From Takakia lepidozioides (Eukaryota; Plantae; Bryophyta), in NCBI GenBank assembly GCA_030704615.1, contig CM060734.1:43152001-43216000 (forward strand): 64,000 bases of DNA, in the 5' to 3' direction. Below are positions 48,605-64,000 of the stretch, in pieces. The first letter of the stretch is position 1, and each line of letters opens with the position of its first letter. The position numbers and the translations under genes were made by a program. Under the pieces are notes generated by a model, which was given only the letters and a program-made list of their open reading frames with translations, searched no databases and was not told where the DNA came from.

Positions 48605-51600
48605 TTACAACTAAAAGTGGACAAATAGGCAGTATCACTGGAACACAATGTTTAGATACTACTTTTTGGTATATTTGACATTGATTTAAGATTTGTGTAA
48701 ATAATTTTTACTACATATGATAAACAATGAACACTGGTGTAATTAGTCTTGATTTTGCATGAATATGACAGTTCAAAATATTGTCTTTTTCATTTTGCAT
48801 GGGCTATATTGAATCTTGAGTGAGAAAGATTTTTTGTTTGATTGATTAATTAAGATATCCATTCTTGAATCTCACCAATAAACCACTTGTCATCTTGCAA
48901 TATTCTTCGAGTTGGGGATATTACCCATCGCACCTTCAGTCTATTTTCAAGCACTGCAAAGGTATGTCCTTTCATATTAATCATGGGAACTAGAAGGACC
49001 TCCCTGACTAGAAGACCCTCCCAACGATCTCCGAGGAACATCACCTTCATCTTGTACAGACCTAGACCTAGATCTCATCATTCCACTCCTCACCAGGAGC
49101 AAATGCTGATGATTGTTGGTCCAAGTAGCAAAGAGAGTGGCTTGAACATCAAAAGGACATCTCAGCCCAAGAAGGGCAAAGCCACCACGGAGAAAATAAT
49201 CTAGCCGTAATATAAAGTCATGCATGGCTTGTGGTTGTCACCACATCTTGAACAATTGTCTCTTAAAAGAACCTCCGCAAAAAGAGGATAAGATCTTCCT
49301 CGAAGGTACTAAACGACATTGCCTCATGGTCTCGTAACATATCCCGTTCAAGATATTGGAAGACACCATAGGAAGTGGCAAGAATATCTGTCATACTACC
49401 ATACTCATGAGCAACAAAATCTTTTATACGAAGGCCCTGCAAAATCAAATGCACAGATACATTTCAGTTTTTGCCTTTTGGATAGTCATAACAAATTTAG
49501 TAACACAAAAGCTGGTGCACAATATAGAATTGAAGTGTAGTCTATTTACTCACCGTGAGAGGCTATTCATGCTCCATGCCTACGAGCTCCATATCCACAA
49601 ATTCTACAAACTGCAACTAGTACTATAAAGGGCCTATCCCTCTCTCCGTCTTCACCTCTGTGCTTCTTGATCCTTTTATCTTTTCACCTCAACCTCTCCT
49701 CATATATCGCATCATTCTCGCAACGGCATCAAGGGGCTCATGACTGGTTACATCATGATGTGTCTTGTTGCTACTCTTGAGAAATCATAATTCCATGAAA
49801 GTGGTTTTTCCTTTTTATAAGTGTTTTGCTTTTAATAGCCGTTGATGGTGTTATAAGCGTGGAATGCCACAAACATCATATTTTTCTTTTTGATGAGATC
49901 TAGTTCTTTATGATGTTTCTTCTTCTTCTTAGAGTTCAATCAGACGTACATGTCGGCGACGAAGCAATCAATCAGCTCCTAGAGACGAATTTAGGCTTGC
50001 GAGAAGCAAGCGATGTCAGCCGGTTATGGCGCAGTAACTTGCGAAACAAGAAGCTGGTAAGAATGCGAATCAGACTCGCATGGTGAGTAGGGTTGATTGG
50101 CCCTGCTCTTTCATGAAGATATGGACTATGCATCGGTCTGAGTCCTTAGAGTTAAGCAACTTGATCAACTCGATCATCAATTTGAGGATTTGAGGATAAA
50201 ATATGTTTCAAACTTGTTGGATTCAGCTACAAGCACTTCAGATGTAGCGCCTGATATGGTGCTCTGACAAGTCCCGAAATATTACACAAAGAACATATCA
50301 TGGTATTGTGGCGTGGCTTTCTAGGACTATATGCTAGGAAGTGTGGTTGGACAGCAATGTATGTTGTAGCAGGATGCTTAGGTGCATGACAAACAATCTG
50401 GTGTCAAACGTCTCGTAATATATCTATATGTATTTTTTTTCAACATCATGTCATGGAGCTCGAATCTGTCGTACTATTACGTTCATCTCTCTATTATTAT
50501 CACATTTCTACCTTTCTATTCATCCGATCACTGGACTTAAATTTCACGATCGTTACTGCGAGCATTCAAGAAACTAGTAAATTTGGTCATGTGATAAGTC
50601 GAATGTACTAGTTTAAAAAAATAAATGAATTTATGTTAAGTTTGATTCAGTCTGGAGTGTTAGGTGATCTAAAAGTTGATTCGGTGTCTAGACTAGATTA
50701 CTATAACTTAGATTTTTTTGTCCCTCCGCACCATTCATGGAGACTACGAAAATAAGAAGTCGTGTACATCGTCATTGAGATGCAACATTGTTGTTCAAAA
50801 GACCATTTTGTTGTACACATGTTTATAATGTATGGTTTTTTTTTATGAATTTATTTGTATTCTTGAATTCACATCAATACACTGTTTGTTGCTTCTTTTT
50901 TATAATTTGTACTTTAATTATTTTTGTTTGCGCTTGCTAAAATGAATAGACGAGGCGAGTCCATAATTACGACGATCGATACATTGATCCCTAATCTTCA
51001 AGGCGACACATTTGGATGATGTATTCTTAATTGGTACGGTTCTTTTGATCGAACTTCGGAAAGCCGTTCGCTATTTCTACACTGTGACATGACTAATGAA
51101 TATCGATACATTATGGTCACTGTGACTTTGGAAGATCTTTTAGCCAATGTGCATTCTCCCTTTAGCTCCAAGTAGAAAATTATGTTCGACTTGAAATATT
51201 TTCAATTAAGCCCAAATTTAAAGTTGCACATGGTGACAGTCCATATATGCTTAGTGTTTCATTTCCCATGACCATAAGCTTGATTGAGCCCCAAACCCAT
51301 CACTCTGAATTTGTTGAGTATGGATAAAATTAGGCACTATTTCGGAAAAATAGTTTCAATGGACAAATGGGCTACAACTTTTATAGCCCCAGTGGTGGTG
51401 AAAATACTCGGGGAACGTTGGCAACACTTTCGATCTACAAATAGCTGATGGTTTTGGATAGGACAACATACGAAATGTAAGTGATGATTTTCATTGTTAT
51501 CTGTGTGATATTGAATTTGTACTGATGTTGTTATTATCAAATTGTGATAACCATAATAAGTTCTAATATGGATTTGTAATTGTGCATGCAGATATCTTTC

Positions 51601-52835
51601 TATCCAATTTTTTTTTTTCAATTCAACGAATTGGCTAACACGTACAATACTAGTGCACTAACATCCATCCATACTGTTAAAAAAAATCTTGTGCTCGAAA
51701 TCAGGTGCATCGAGGTTGATCACCACACCAACACCCATGATAATAATTTCAGTTCATGATGAAAAAACTCGTGATAAGTTGACTATCATTCACAAAGTTC
51801 ATACACGTTGGACTACTTTCTCATCGCAATGTAAGTATTTTCAAAAACCCATTGATATAATTCGATCACTAAATTTTCAAGTTTCTTCTCCAAAGTCATT
51901 CATTTTATTATTATTTCCTAATGAATTAATGTAATAAATCTCGAGAAACTTATGTGCGATCTCTCCGATCGTGCGACCCATCAGAATGCCATCTCTCTTT
52001 ATCCATCGTAAAGTCATGGCCATCGTCATTGTCAGTTTTGTCGATTATTCATTGATTTTGAAGAAGAGTCGAGGTGGCTTGTTACATAACAACTGCAATA
52101 GGAAAGGATGTGATGTGATTGTAAGTAAAGCTCGCCGCTTAACATATAGAGCTCCTCTTGACAACCAAGTTGTAGCCCATGTGGTAATGGACACATACCA
52201 CCTCGGAAGTGGTTGTGGGTTCAATCCACCAATTGGTGTCACAAAGGTGTCCACTTTCCTAACGGAAGGCAATAACCCTGCAAGGTAAGGAGACTCCATA
52301 ATTTACACTCCCTTGGGGAGGCGTCAAATATATCATAAAAGGAGAGAAGACGGAGCCCCCCCCCCCCCCTCTTCTTCTGCGCGTTGCTCCATACGTGTGA
52401 TTGTAGCATACTTTTCATCCCATCTTTCATCTCGAGATTTCATCCGACAGACGGACGACGACATTAAATGTTGCTTCATATAGAGAGAGGGAGAGAGAGA
52501 GAGAGAGAAATAGGTGAAGGCAACATTTTTTTTATGCGCGAAATTTCGCCACTTTTCGATCCAGAAATTGGCCTCACGAAATTTACAAATGAATTATGAG
52601 TTAAAATATGGCACTGTTTCGCATTACTGCCCTCCCTAATGCCATTATGTCGTTGCAATGAGGATGCTGCCTATACAATTGTCACACAAGGAAAGAGCCA
52701 AATGCCATTTGGGTTCGTTAGATCCAGATGATCTTGCCTATCAAGGAGCAAAGCCTTGGGTTCAAACTCTTCCCGCTTTCGCCAAGGGGTCGAGCTATAG
52801 AGGGAACTCTCATTTAGGTTTCGCTTACCCGCCTA

Positions 52836-53961
52836 GGGAATTCCAAAAAGGCCTTGATGTGAAATGCGTCGCAATTCACTTGATCACCCCCCTAAAAGTG
52901 CGCAATTCAATTGAATTGCTGACTACAATTCAATTGAATTGTAATCTATAATTTTTAACTTATTTCTGTATATAATATATAATATATATGTATATATATA
53001 TTTAAATTATACTTATACACATATAAGAGTATAAGCTAAAAATACATGTTGCCTGTCTATTCTTGCTGGCCCTCTTTCTTGTGCCGTTGAGGAAATTGTG
53101 GAGTTGTGAAGCCACCCTCAGCCTCAGCAAGAAAGGAGAGCCAGAGACGGAGAGAGATGAGCAGCTTCCTGTGATTCACTGGCAAAAGAAACATGGCTGG
53201 CTCCGAAAGAAACAGACAAAATCAAACATGACAATTGATGAAAGGCTTCCCCTGCATCATCATGTAGTCCCCTAACACTAGTATCTGGCCCAGGACAAAG
53301 AAAGCAAAAAATATGTTCATCTTGAGAATTATAAAAAATAATATTGTTTTGATACCCTTACAAAGGTATCATGTTGAAGTTGGGATGTGTGTTCCATATA
53401 AGTTTAATATATCAAACTCTTACACGTTGATACTCTTACATTGGTATCATGTTTGGTATATGTACATAGCCATATATTGGCACCAACATCTACAAAAAGA
53501 GACAATCCCGCTTTTACAAGCGCTTCGTGACTTCCTCTCTCTCTCTCGCTCTCTCGCTCTCCCTTAGGCTTATCTCGGGCTCAAGCCTTACCACAGGCAA
53601 AGGATTGACAGACGGACAGCAAGAATAGACAGGCAACATGTATTTTTAGCTTATACTTTTGTATGCGTATATGTATAATTTAAATATATACATATATATT
53701 ATATACAGAAATAAGTTAAAAATTATAGATTACAATTCAATTGATTTGCAAATTCACAATTCAATTGAATTGCAGTCAACAATTCAATTGAATTGTCAAT
53801 TCACAATTCAATTGAATCGTGTGCCGACAATTCAATTGAATTGCAAAATAGGGTTGTTTCAAGCTAGTTTTAGCATGCAATTCAATTGAATTGCGCACTT
53901 TTTATGGGGGTGATCAAGTGAATTGCGATGCATTTCACATCAAGGCCTTTTTGGAATTCCC
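52836..53961. mobile_element. Non-autonomous Mutator-like element (1126 bp) with long TIRs
   Basis: TIR GGGAATTCCAAAAAGGCCTTGATGTGAAATGC.. extends ~230 bp (to ~53068; partner from ~53617). 10-bp TSD TACCCGCCTA (52826-52835, 53962-53971). Palindromic CAATTCAATTGAATTG repeats lie inside the TIRs. Confidence 0.93.
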
Positions 53962-54145
53962 TACCCGCCTAGTATCCGTGTCATGCACCTCCATTTAAGC
54001 AGACTTGCACCGTCTTTGGCACTGGCACATGAGGCTTTGAGCAGAGTTGCTGATCTTGCACAAGATTAGTCATATTTGTCAATGGATTGTATCCATGTGA
54101 CAGAGTTGTGCTAGGCTTTGCAAGATGCAATGTCGTTGTTACTTA

Positions 54146-54425
54146 GAAAAAATTACCTCCCTTGTCGCTCCCACAAACCGAACACTACATGAGTTGAGTT
54201 CGCATAAAACTCATCAAACATTCTTGACAGTAGCCACTGGTTCGAAATCACATGCCAGTCGCTTCCTCATAGGCCAACGAGGAGCGAAAAAATTACCTCC
54301 CTTGTCGCTCCCACAAACCGAACACTACATGAGTTGAGTTCGCATAAAACTCATCAAACATTCTTGACAGTAGCCACCGGTTCGAGATCACATGCCAGTC
54401 GCTTCCTCATAGGCCAGCGAGGAGC
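54146..54425 (+). repeat. Near-perfect 140-bp tandem duplication upstream of purB
   Basis: gaaaaaattacctcccttgtcgctcccacaaaccg..cataggcca(a/g)cgaggagc starts at 54146 and again at 54286. Confidence 0.93.
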
Positions 54426-54479
54426 TAACGTGGCTCAAGTTCTTAAATGAAAAAAAAAACGTTGGTTGAAGGGGAGAAC

Positions 54480-54612
54480 TTTTAGGGTTGTGACTTTTAG
54501 GGTTGCGTGTGCAGAAGGGTTAGGGTTTATATAGAGAGAGTAAGAGGGAGAAAGAGACATTTGAAGGGGAGAATTTTTAGGGTTGTGTGTGCAGAAGGGT
54601 TAGGGTTTAGGA
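54480..54612 (+). promoter_or_regulatory. Cluster of telo-box-like motifs (TTTAGGG / TAGGGTTT) in the purB 5' region
   Basis: Several TTTAGGGTT/TTAGGGTTT motifs within 40-170 bp of the ATG, partly from a ~85-bp local duplication. Confidence 0.45.
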
Positions 54613-54651
54613 AGGAAGGGTGCGTTGGGACGAGCTCGCTTCGGTCTGGGG

Positions 54652-59460
<4,809 letters not shown>

Positions 59461-60184
59461 GTTCCCTGGTGTCCAGTAGATTACAACCACCTCTTTACTA
59501 ACAAAGTGAAAGAATTGGCCGGGAGGGAGACTAACAAAATCACAATCTGTGTAGTCAAAACAGAAACTACCCAGGAAGAAATAGAAAACAATGAGAGCTT
59601 CAAGTTGCAGACCTAACCTTCGGAGGATGATATGGTGACTGTCTGTGTAGAAAGGAATCAAAGGGGCTCCATGTAAGTGTCTCATAATCATGCTTGGTGC
59701 CTAGATTTCAGCGAGATAAGCACCATGCTGACTTTCTAGTGTATGGCTAGGCAAAGCTCTTATGTGCATTCTTTTAATAAAACCAAAAGTTTTGAGTCAA
59801 ATCCAGGTTTTTAGTGTGTAATCTATTGTTGCCATGTGCTGATGACATCCTGCAAGAGTGAGTCACACAGCTTCAGATGGCACAAGCTGGAAGAATACCC
59901 AAAAAAAATGGGTTCATAAGCCTCTGAACAGCAACTTTGAGGAAGCCTGCTGAAGTAAGACATGAAAATCAGTGTTTGCTGTCCAACAGCTGGTGACATC
60001 GAACAAGGATCACTTACCATCACATTATTTTTCTTGAGTAATATTACAATATATTGTGGTTTCGACATGCACAGAAAGATGTTACTATGAGAGATTACTA
60101 TGATGGGGCCAACTTTCCCATTCTCAACATAAATATATGACGTCTCTTGAAGGAAGAAGAGCGCAAGGATTTTGCCACTACTCT

Positions 60185-61625
60185 TTGTCATTAACATCAA
60201 TTAATATGAAACTAGTGCACACACATAGATAATTCTCCCAGATTTCCAAGAAAATATGGCACATTCAAATTGACGAAGCTGAAAGAACAATACGAGTGAT
60301 GAACTCCACCATAGTCATAACAGTTGGCAGAACTAGAAGGTCTCAAGAATTTAGCCACCACCTTGTGTCATAAGCTTCATTTGAGATGAAACCATTGCAC
60401 ACATGTAAATAACGCCCCAGATTTTCAAGACAATAGGCACACTCAAATGATGAAGCTGAAAGAACAAGTGATGACCTCCACCATAGTCAAATCAGTTGGC
60501 AGACCTAGAAGGTCTCAAGAGTTTGGTCACCACCTTGTGTCATGAGCTCCAATTCAGATGAAACCACTGCACCCACAAAAATAACTTTTGTAGCTTTCCA
60601 GAATATTATGACACACTCACATTTGATGAAGCTGGAAGAACAATACAAACGATGAACTCCACCATACTCAAATCAATTGGCACAACTAGAAGGTCTCAAG
60701 AGTCTGGCCACCACCTTGTGTCATGAGCTTCAATTGAGATGAAACCATTGCACACACATAAATAACGCCTCCAGATTTTCACGACAATAGGCACACTCAG
60801 ATTGATGAAGCTGAAAAAACAATACAAGCGATGAAGTCCACCATACCGTAGAGTCCTTCGATGTCCGGCGCATTGCTGCCAAATATTTAATTATTTCAGA
60901 GAAAGTAGGTCCGGCACCTAATTTAGATTTTTACAATTTTTGAACAAGCTGGTCACATACATTTAAATTACCTCTAGGGAGGTAATTAGGGTATATTCTA
61001 GAGGATAACCCTATCGTGGAATTCTTTATCGCTTCGACATTGAGGTCATTACTTTTCTGAATATTTCAGGTAAGCAAAATTTGAATTAACGACGGACATT
61101 GAAGGACTCTGCGGTAGTCAAATCAGTTGGCAGAACTAGAAGGTCTTAAGAGTTTGGCCACCACCTTTGGGTCATGAGCTTCAATTTAGATGACCACACA
61201 CATAGATAACTTTCATAGCTTTCCAGAATATTATGACACACTCAGATTTGATGAAGCTGAAAGAACAATACAAGCGATGAACTCCACGATACTCAAATCA
61301 GTTGGCAGAACTAGAAGGTCTCAAGAGTTTGGCCACCACCTTGTGTCATGAGCTTCAATTAAGATGAAACCAGTTCACACATATAGATAATTCTCCTACA
61401 TTTCCAAAACACTATGGCACACTCAAAGTGATGAAAATTACAATAAATTAGACGTGATCAACCGGAAGGTAGTCAAACAAGGTCGCAGAACATGAAGGGC
61501 TCTAGGAGGTGGCCACAACTCAATGGTGTCATTAGTTTCAATTGATATGAAACTAGCGTACTCACTCACGTAGACATTTAGCATAGGTTTCCAAAACAAT
61601 ATGTCACATTCAATTTGATGAAGTA
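60185..61625 (+). repeat. Tandem satellite, ~172-181-bp unit, about 6.5 copies
   Basis: Anchor ctagaaggtct(c/t)aaga at ~60333, 60505, 60686, 61137 and 61311, with a diverged copy at ~61491. Confidence 0.9.
60846..61114. mobile_element. Tc1/mariner-type MITE (269 bp) inserted in the satellite
   Basis: 22-bp TIRs CCGTAGAGTCCTTCGATGTCCG / CGGACATTGAAGGACTCTGCGG (20/22 match). TA duplication at 60844-45 and 61115-16. The empty site ccaccaTAgtcaaatc is visible in neighbouring repeat units. Confidence 0.92.
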
Positions 61626-62284
61626 AACAATATTAAGCATCAATTTCAAAAATGTTGAAGTTGATACATTCAATTTGATGAAGAGACAATGAGCTTCATC
61701 CTCAAATTGATGAACCTAACATTATAGGAAAACAATGCATCAATGATTCACATTCGGGGGCTACATAGCAAGTCCAATGGTTTTCAAATCATCACCAATA
61801 TATATCAAGGCTGAAAGGTATCCATTGCCGATGTCCTTTGAAGCTTGGATTCGTTCTTTCAAGTTACATAGTTTCTCTATGTCGTATGTTCTCTTGGGCT
61901 CGTGTATCTATCATGGCGGAAATAACCTTCTCTTTGCTGGTCTACAGAGCAAAAGCTAAACCTTCAACAATTCGTAATGAGACCCTCCGCCGTTTTGCAT
62001 TGATGGAGAATCAGATTTGTCACCACCATCCTCCTATGATAATTCCCCCCTGCCATTCTGCAACTCGTAAGTGGTTATATGTGCATGAGCATACATTTTA
62101 AAATGGACGAAGCATAAATGTAACTATTCACAAGCATTCATCTTTTCATGGAAACACATTGTACCTCCTCTTTGGGCATTGTAGACGTATCAATGGGGGC
62201 ACATCTCCAGCTACACAGCCTTGGATTGCTCTACATACCACTCAGATTGTGTTGAAAATACCTCCAGGGTCATCTGAACCTTAA

Positions 62285-62400
62285 AACCGGGGAATGCTTG
62301 CGCGTGAGCCTGGCCGCGTGAGCCTGTGAGCCTGTGAGCCTGGCTAGGCTCACGCCACGTCAGCAAGCTTCCACGTGTTCAGGCCGTAATTCCGTGCTTA
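62285..62400. mobile_element. Putative transposon terminus with subterminal GTGAGCC repeats
   Basis: Abrupt GC-rich start ccggggaatgcttgcgc, then four direct GTGAGCCTG motifs and one inverted GGCTCAC. The partner end is not in the window. Confidence 0.45.
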
Positions 62401-62820
62401 CCCCCCCTATTACCGCGGATCAGCTGTCGCCTATGTCCTAATTTTTTATCCCTCTTCAAGGCCCCCACATGAATATTCTTTGTGGCCGAGAACAATGGCA
62501 GGTTTGCGGATGAATTATGATTGAGGTCATGACTTTGGAATGAGGAGATCGTCCACTAGAGAACTGAATAATAAAACCAAACATTTTTTTTGGGCAAAGC
62601 AGTACATTCATTCCAACACACAATCATTTTTCAATTCCGCAATCCGAAGACCTATTTTAGGCAATCCCCAACTGTACTTACGGGAACGCGCAAAGAACTT
62701 GAAAAACAGTTTGGAGATGGAAGCAAAACCAAAATACAATTTATTGAGCCTCGGTACTTGAACCTAAAGAAATATTGGAGGTTTCAGAGGAACCACTTCC
62801 AGAGTGTACAGCAATATCAT

Positions 62821-64000
62821 CTATGAATACAGCAGCACATCCATGACGTTTTTTTTTTCCTCGACCTTCATGGAGATGCGAGTACAGTGTTTGTTCGGAT
62901 AATACCCGTGCGCAAGCTTCCGCGTAAACCGGCAAGCGGTTCGATCTAGGGGACTCGGGGACATGTAGTATCCTTGGAAACCGAAAGGCGTCTGCTGATT
63001 CGATGACTGGTGCTGAACTCTGCAAAGCAAGAAGAGGAATGGTGGTATATGTTAACATCCAGATATAGACAACGGAAGCCACTATTTCTCGAATGGGAAC
63101 GACACAAGGAAATGTAACATATTTTGCACGAGTACACAAGAACTTACTCACACTCAAAATCGGAGTCCACGTCCAGATCCTCGTCAGGCGCTTCGGGCTC
63201 CTCCAGAAGTCCCTCTGTGGATGGGGCAGAAGTAGTGCCCGACTCAAGCTGACGAAGCTCGCTTGAGAAGAGCTCTGTATCAGCTTCCATGCCGAAGAAG
63301 TGCCTTCCGGCGCTCTTGCAAGCATGAAAACATGCTCCTGCAAATCCAAGAAGAACGAGAAATAAAAACCAGGATTCCCTAAGGTCACTGCCCATATGTC
63401 AAACACAATGTGAAGGGCCCCACCTGTGCCCATAGACAAGTCAACCACTCGTCCACCATGACGGCTGCATGTCTCCACCAAAGTCTGCATGAAAGCTGGA
63501 GATTTCTCCCGTGCACCTCTCCAAGGGACACCATTCGTCCTTTTCATAGTCCGACCCGAGTCGACGTAATTGAAGATAACATCATCCTCCACAGGCTCGC
63601 AGGTGGGGTCAATGTGAGCTGCAAGGTCCCTCAACTGAAACTCAGCAACACCAGCAGGAAGAGTGTCCGTCCGCCTCACCAGGCACAAAGCTTCGAACAC
63701 TCGTGTCTGTCATTAATCACGAAGAGGGAATGAGACAGAAGTCATAACCCACCATTTTGATTTACCGGAAAACCACGAAACATCAATTGAAAGGAACCAA
63801 CTCACTTTCTGCCCCGGGAACTTGCCCTTCGTAAGAGGCAGAGTATTGATGCATGTCCAAGTTTTGATGACACGAAACCCGGAAGCTTTCATGTAGCTGA
63901 AAAGAGTTCTTCGAGCCGACATGTCCTTTGACTGCATGAGACGAAAGGAACTTGTTGCTGAACGAGAAAGCCCACTGCCAGTAACGAGAATCCGATTTGT
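62821..64000 (-). CDS. Spliced gene (5' end outside window) encoding a beta-class amino (N4-C/N6-A) DNA methyltransferase-like protein; exons >=63928-63806, 63706-63424, 63337-63148, 63019-62821
   Basis: Spliced reading WRGAREKSPAFMQTLVETCSRHGGRVVDLSMGT|GACFHACKSAGRHFFGMEADTELF follows the N6_N4_Mtase C-terminal pattern (motif X xKP..L..LI...S, motif I D.F.G.G, then GR.F.G.E.D). An acidic tail follows; GT-AG introns are in phase. Confidence 0.72.

Noticed and set aside
48850-52300. Degenerate ORF pieces, including a GYNLVVKRS-like string near 52160 (minus) reminiscent of MULE/FAR1
   Set aside because: Too short and decayed to assign by eye; probably old TE debris.
60185-61625. Regularly spaced repeats as a CRISPR array
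   Set aside because: Whole units are homologous with no unique spacers, the context is eukaryotic, and no cas genes are present.
62741-63700. 319-aa ORF taken as the real protein
   Set aside because: It reads through two introns and changes frame relative to the methyltransferase motifs; the spliced model restores GTG-ACFHAC..GRHFFGME.

Overview
Eukaryotic nuclear DNA from a land plant. A non-seed lineage (bryophyte, lycophyte or fern) is my inference from the gene and TE content. Positions 1-26 kb are gene-dense: spliced ndhN, an intronless F-box gene, a PPR-DYW relic, the ASHH1/SDG26 histone methyltransferase, a DNL-type zinc-finger chaperone, plastid Era GTPase and sterol isomerase EBP/HYD1. 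Positions ~26-54 kb are a nested TE island. A Sola-like DDD transposase gene is interrupted in one exon by a Ty3/gypsy LTR+gag and by a 7.66-kb element with perfect 16-bp TIRs and an 8-bp TSD. That element encodes a frameshifted P-element-type transposase and carries LINE fragments. The island also holds hAT and Mutator non-autonomous elements, a PPR fragment and degenerate tandem arrays. After it come adenylosuccinate lyase (purB), a ~175-180-bp satellite interrupted by a Tc1/mariner-type MITE, and, at the right edge, a spliced gene resembling prokaryotic beta-class N4-cytosine/N6-adenine DNA methyltransferases next to a repeat-rich, transposon-end-like sequence. The three strongest leads are the probably TE-borne amino-methyltransferase, the P-like transposon in a land plant, and host introns whose purine-rich acceptors are complementary to the donor end. 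All exon boundaries and family assignments were made by eye; no database searches were run.
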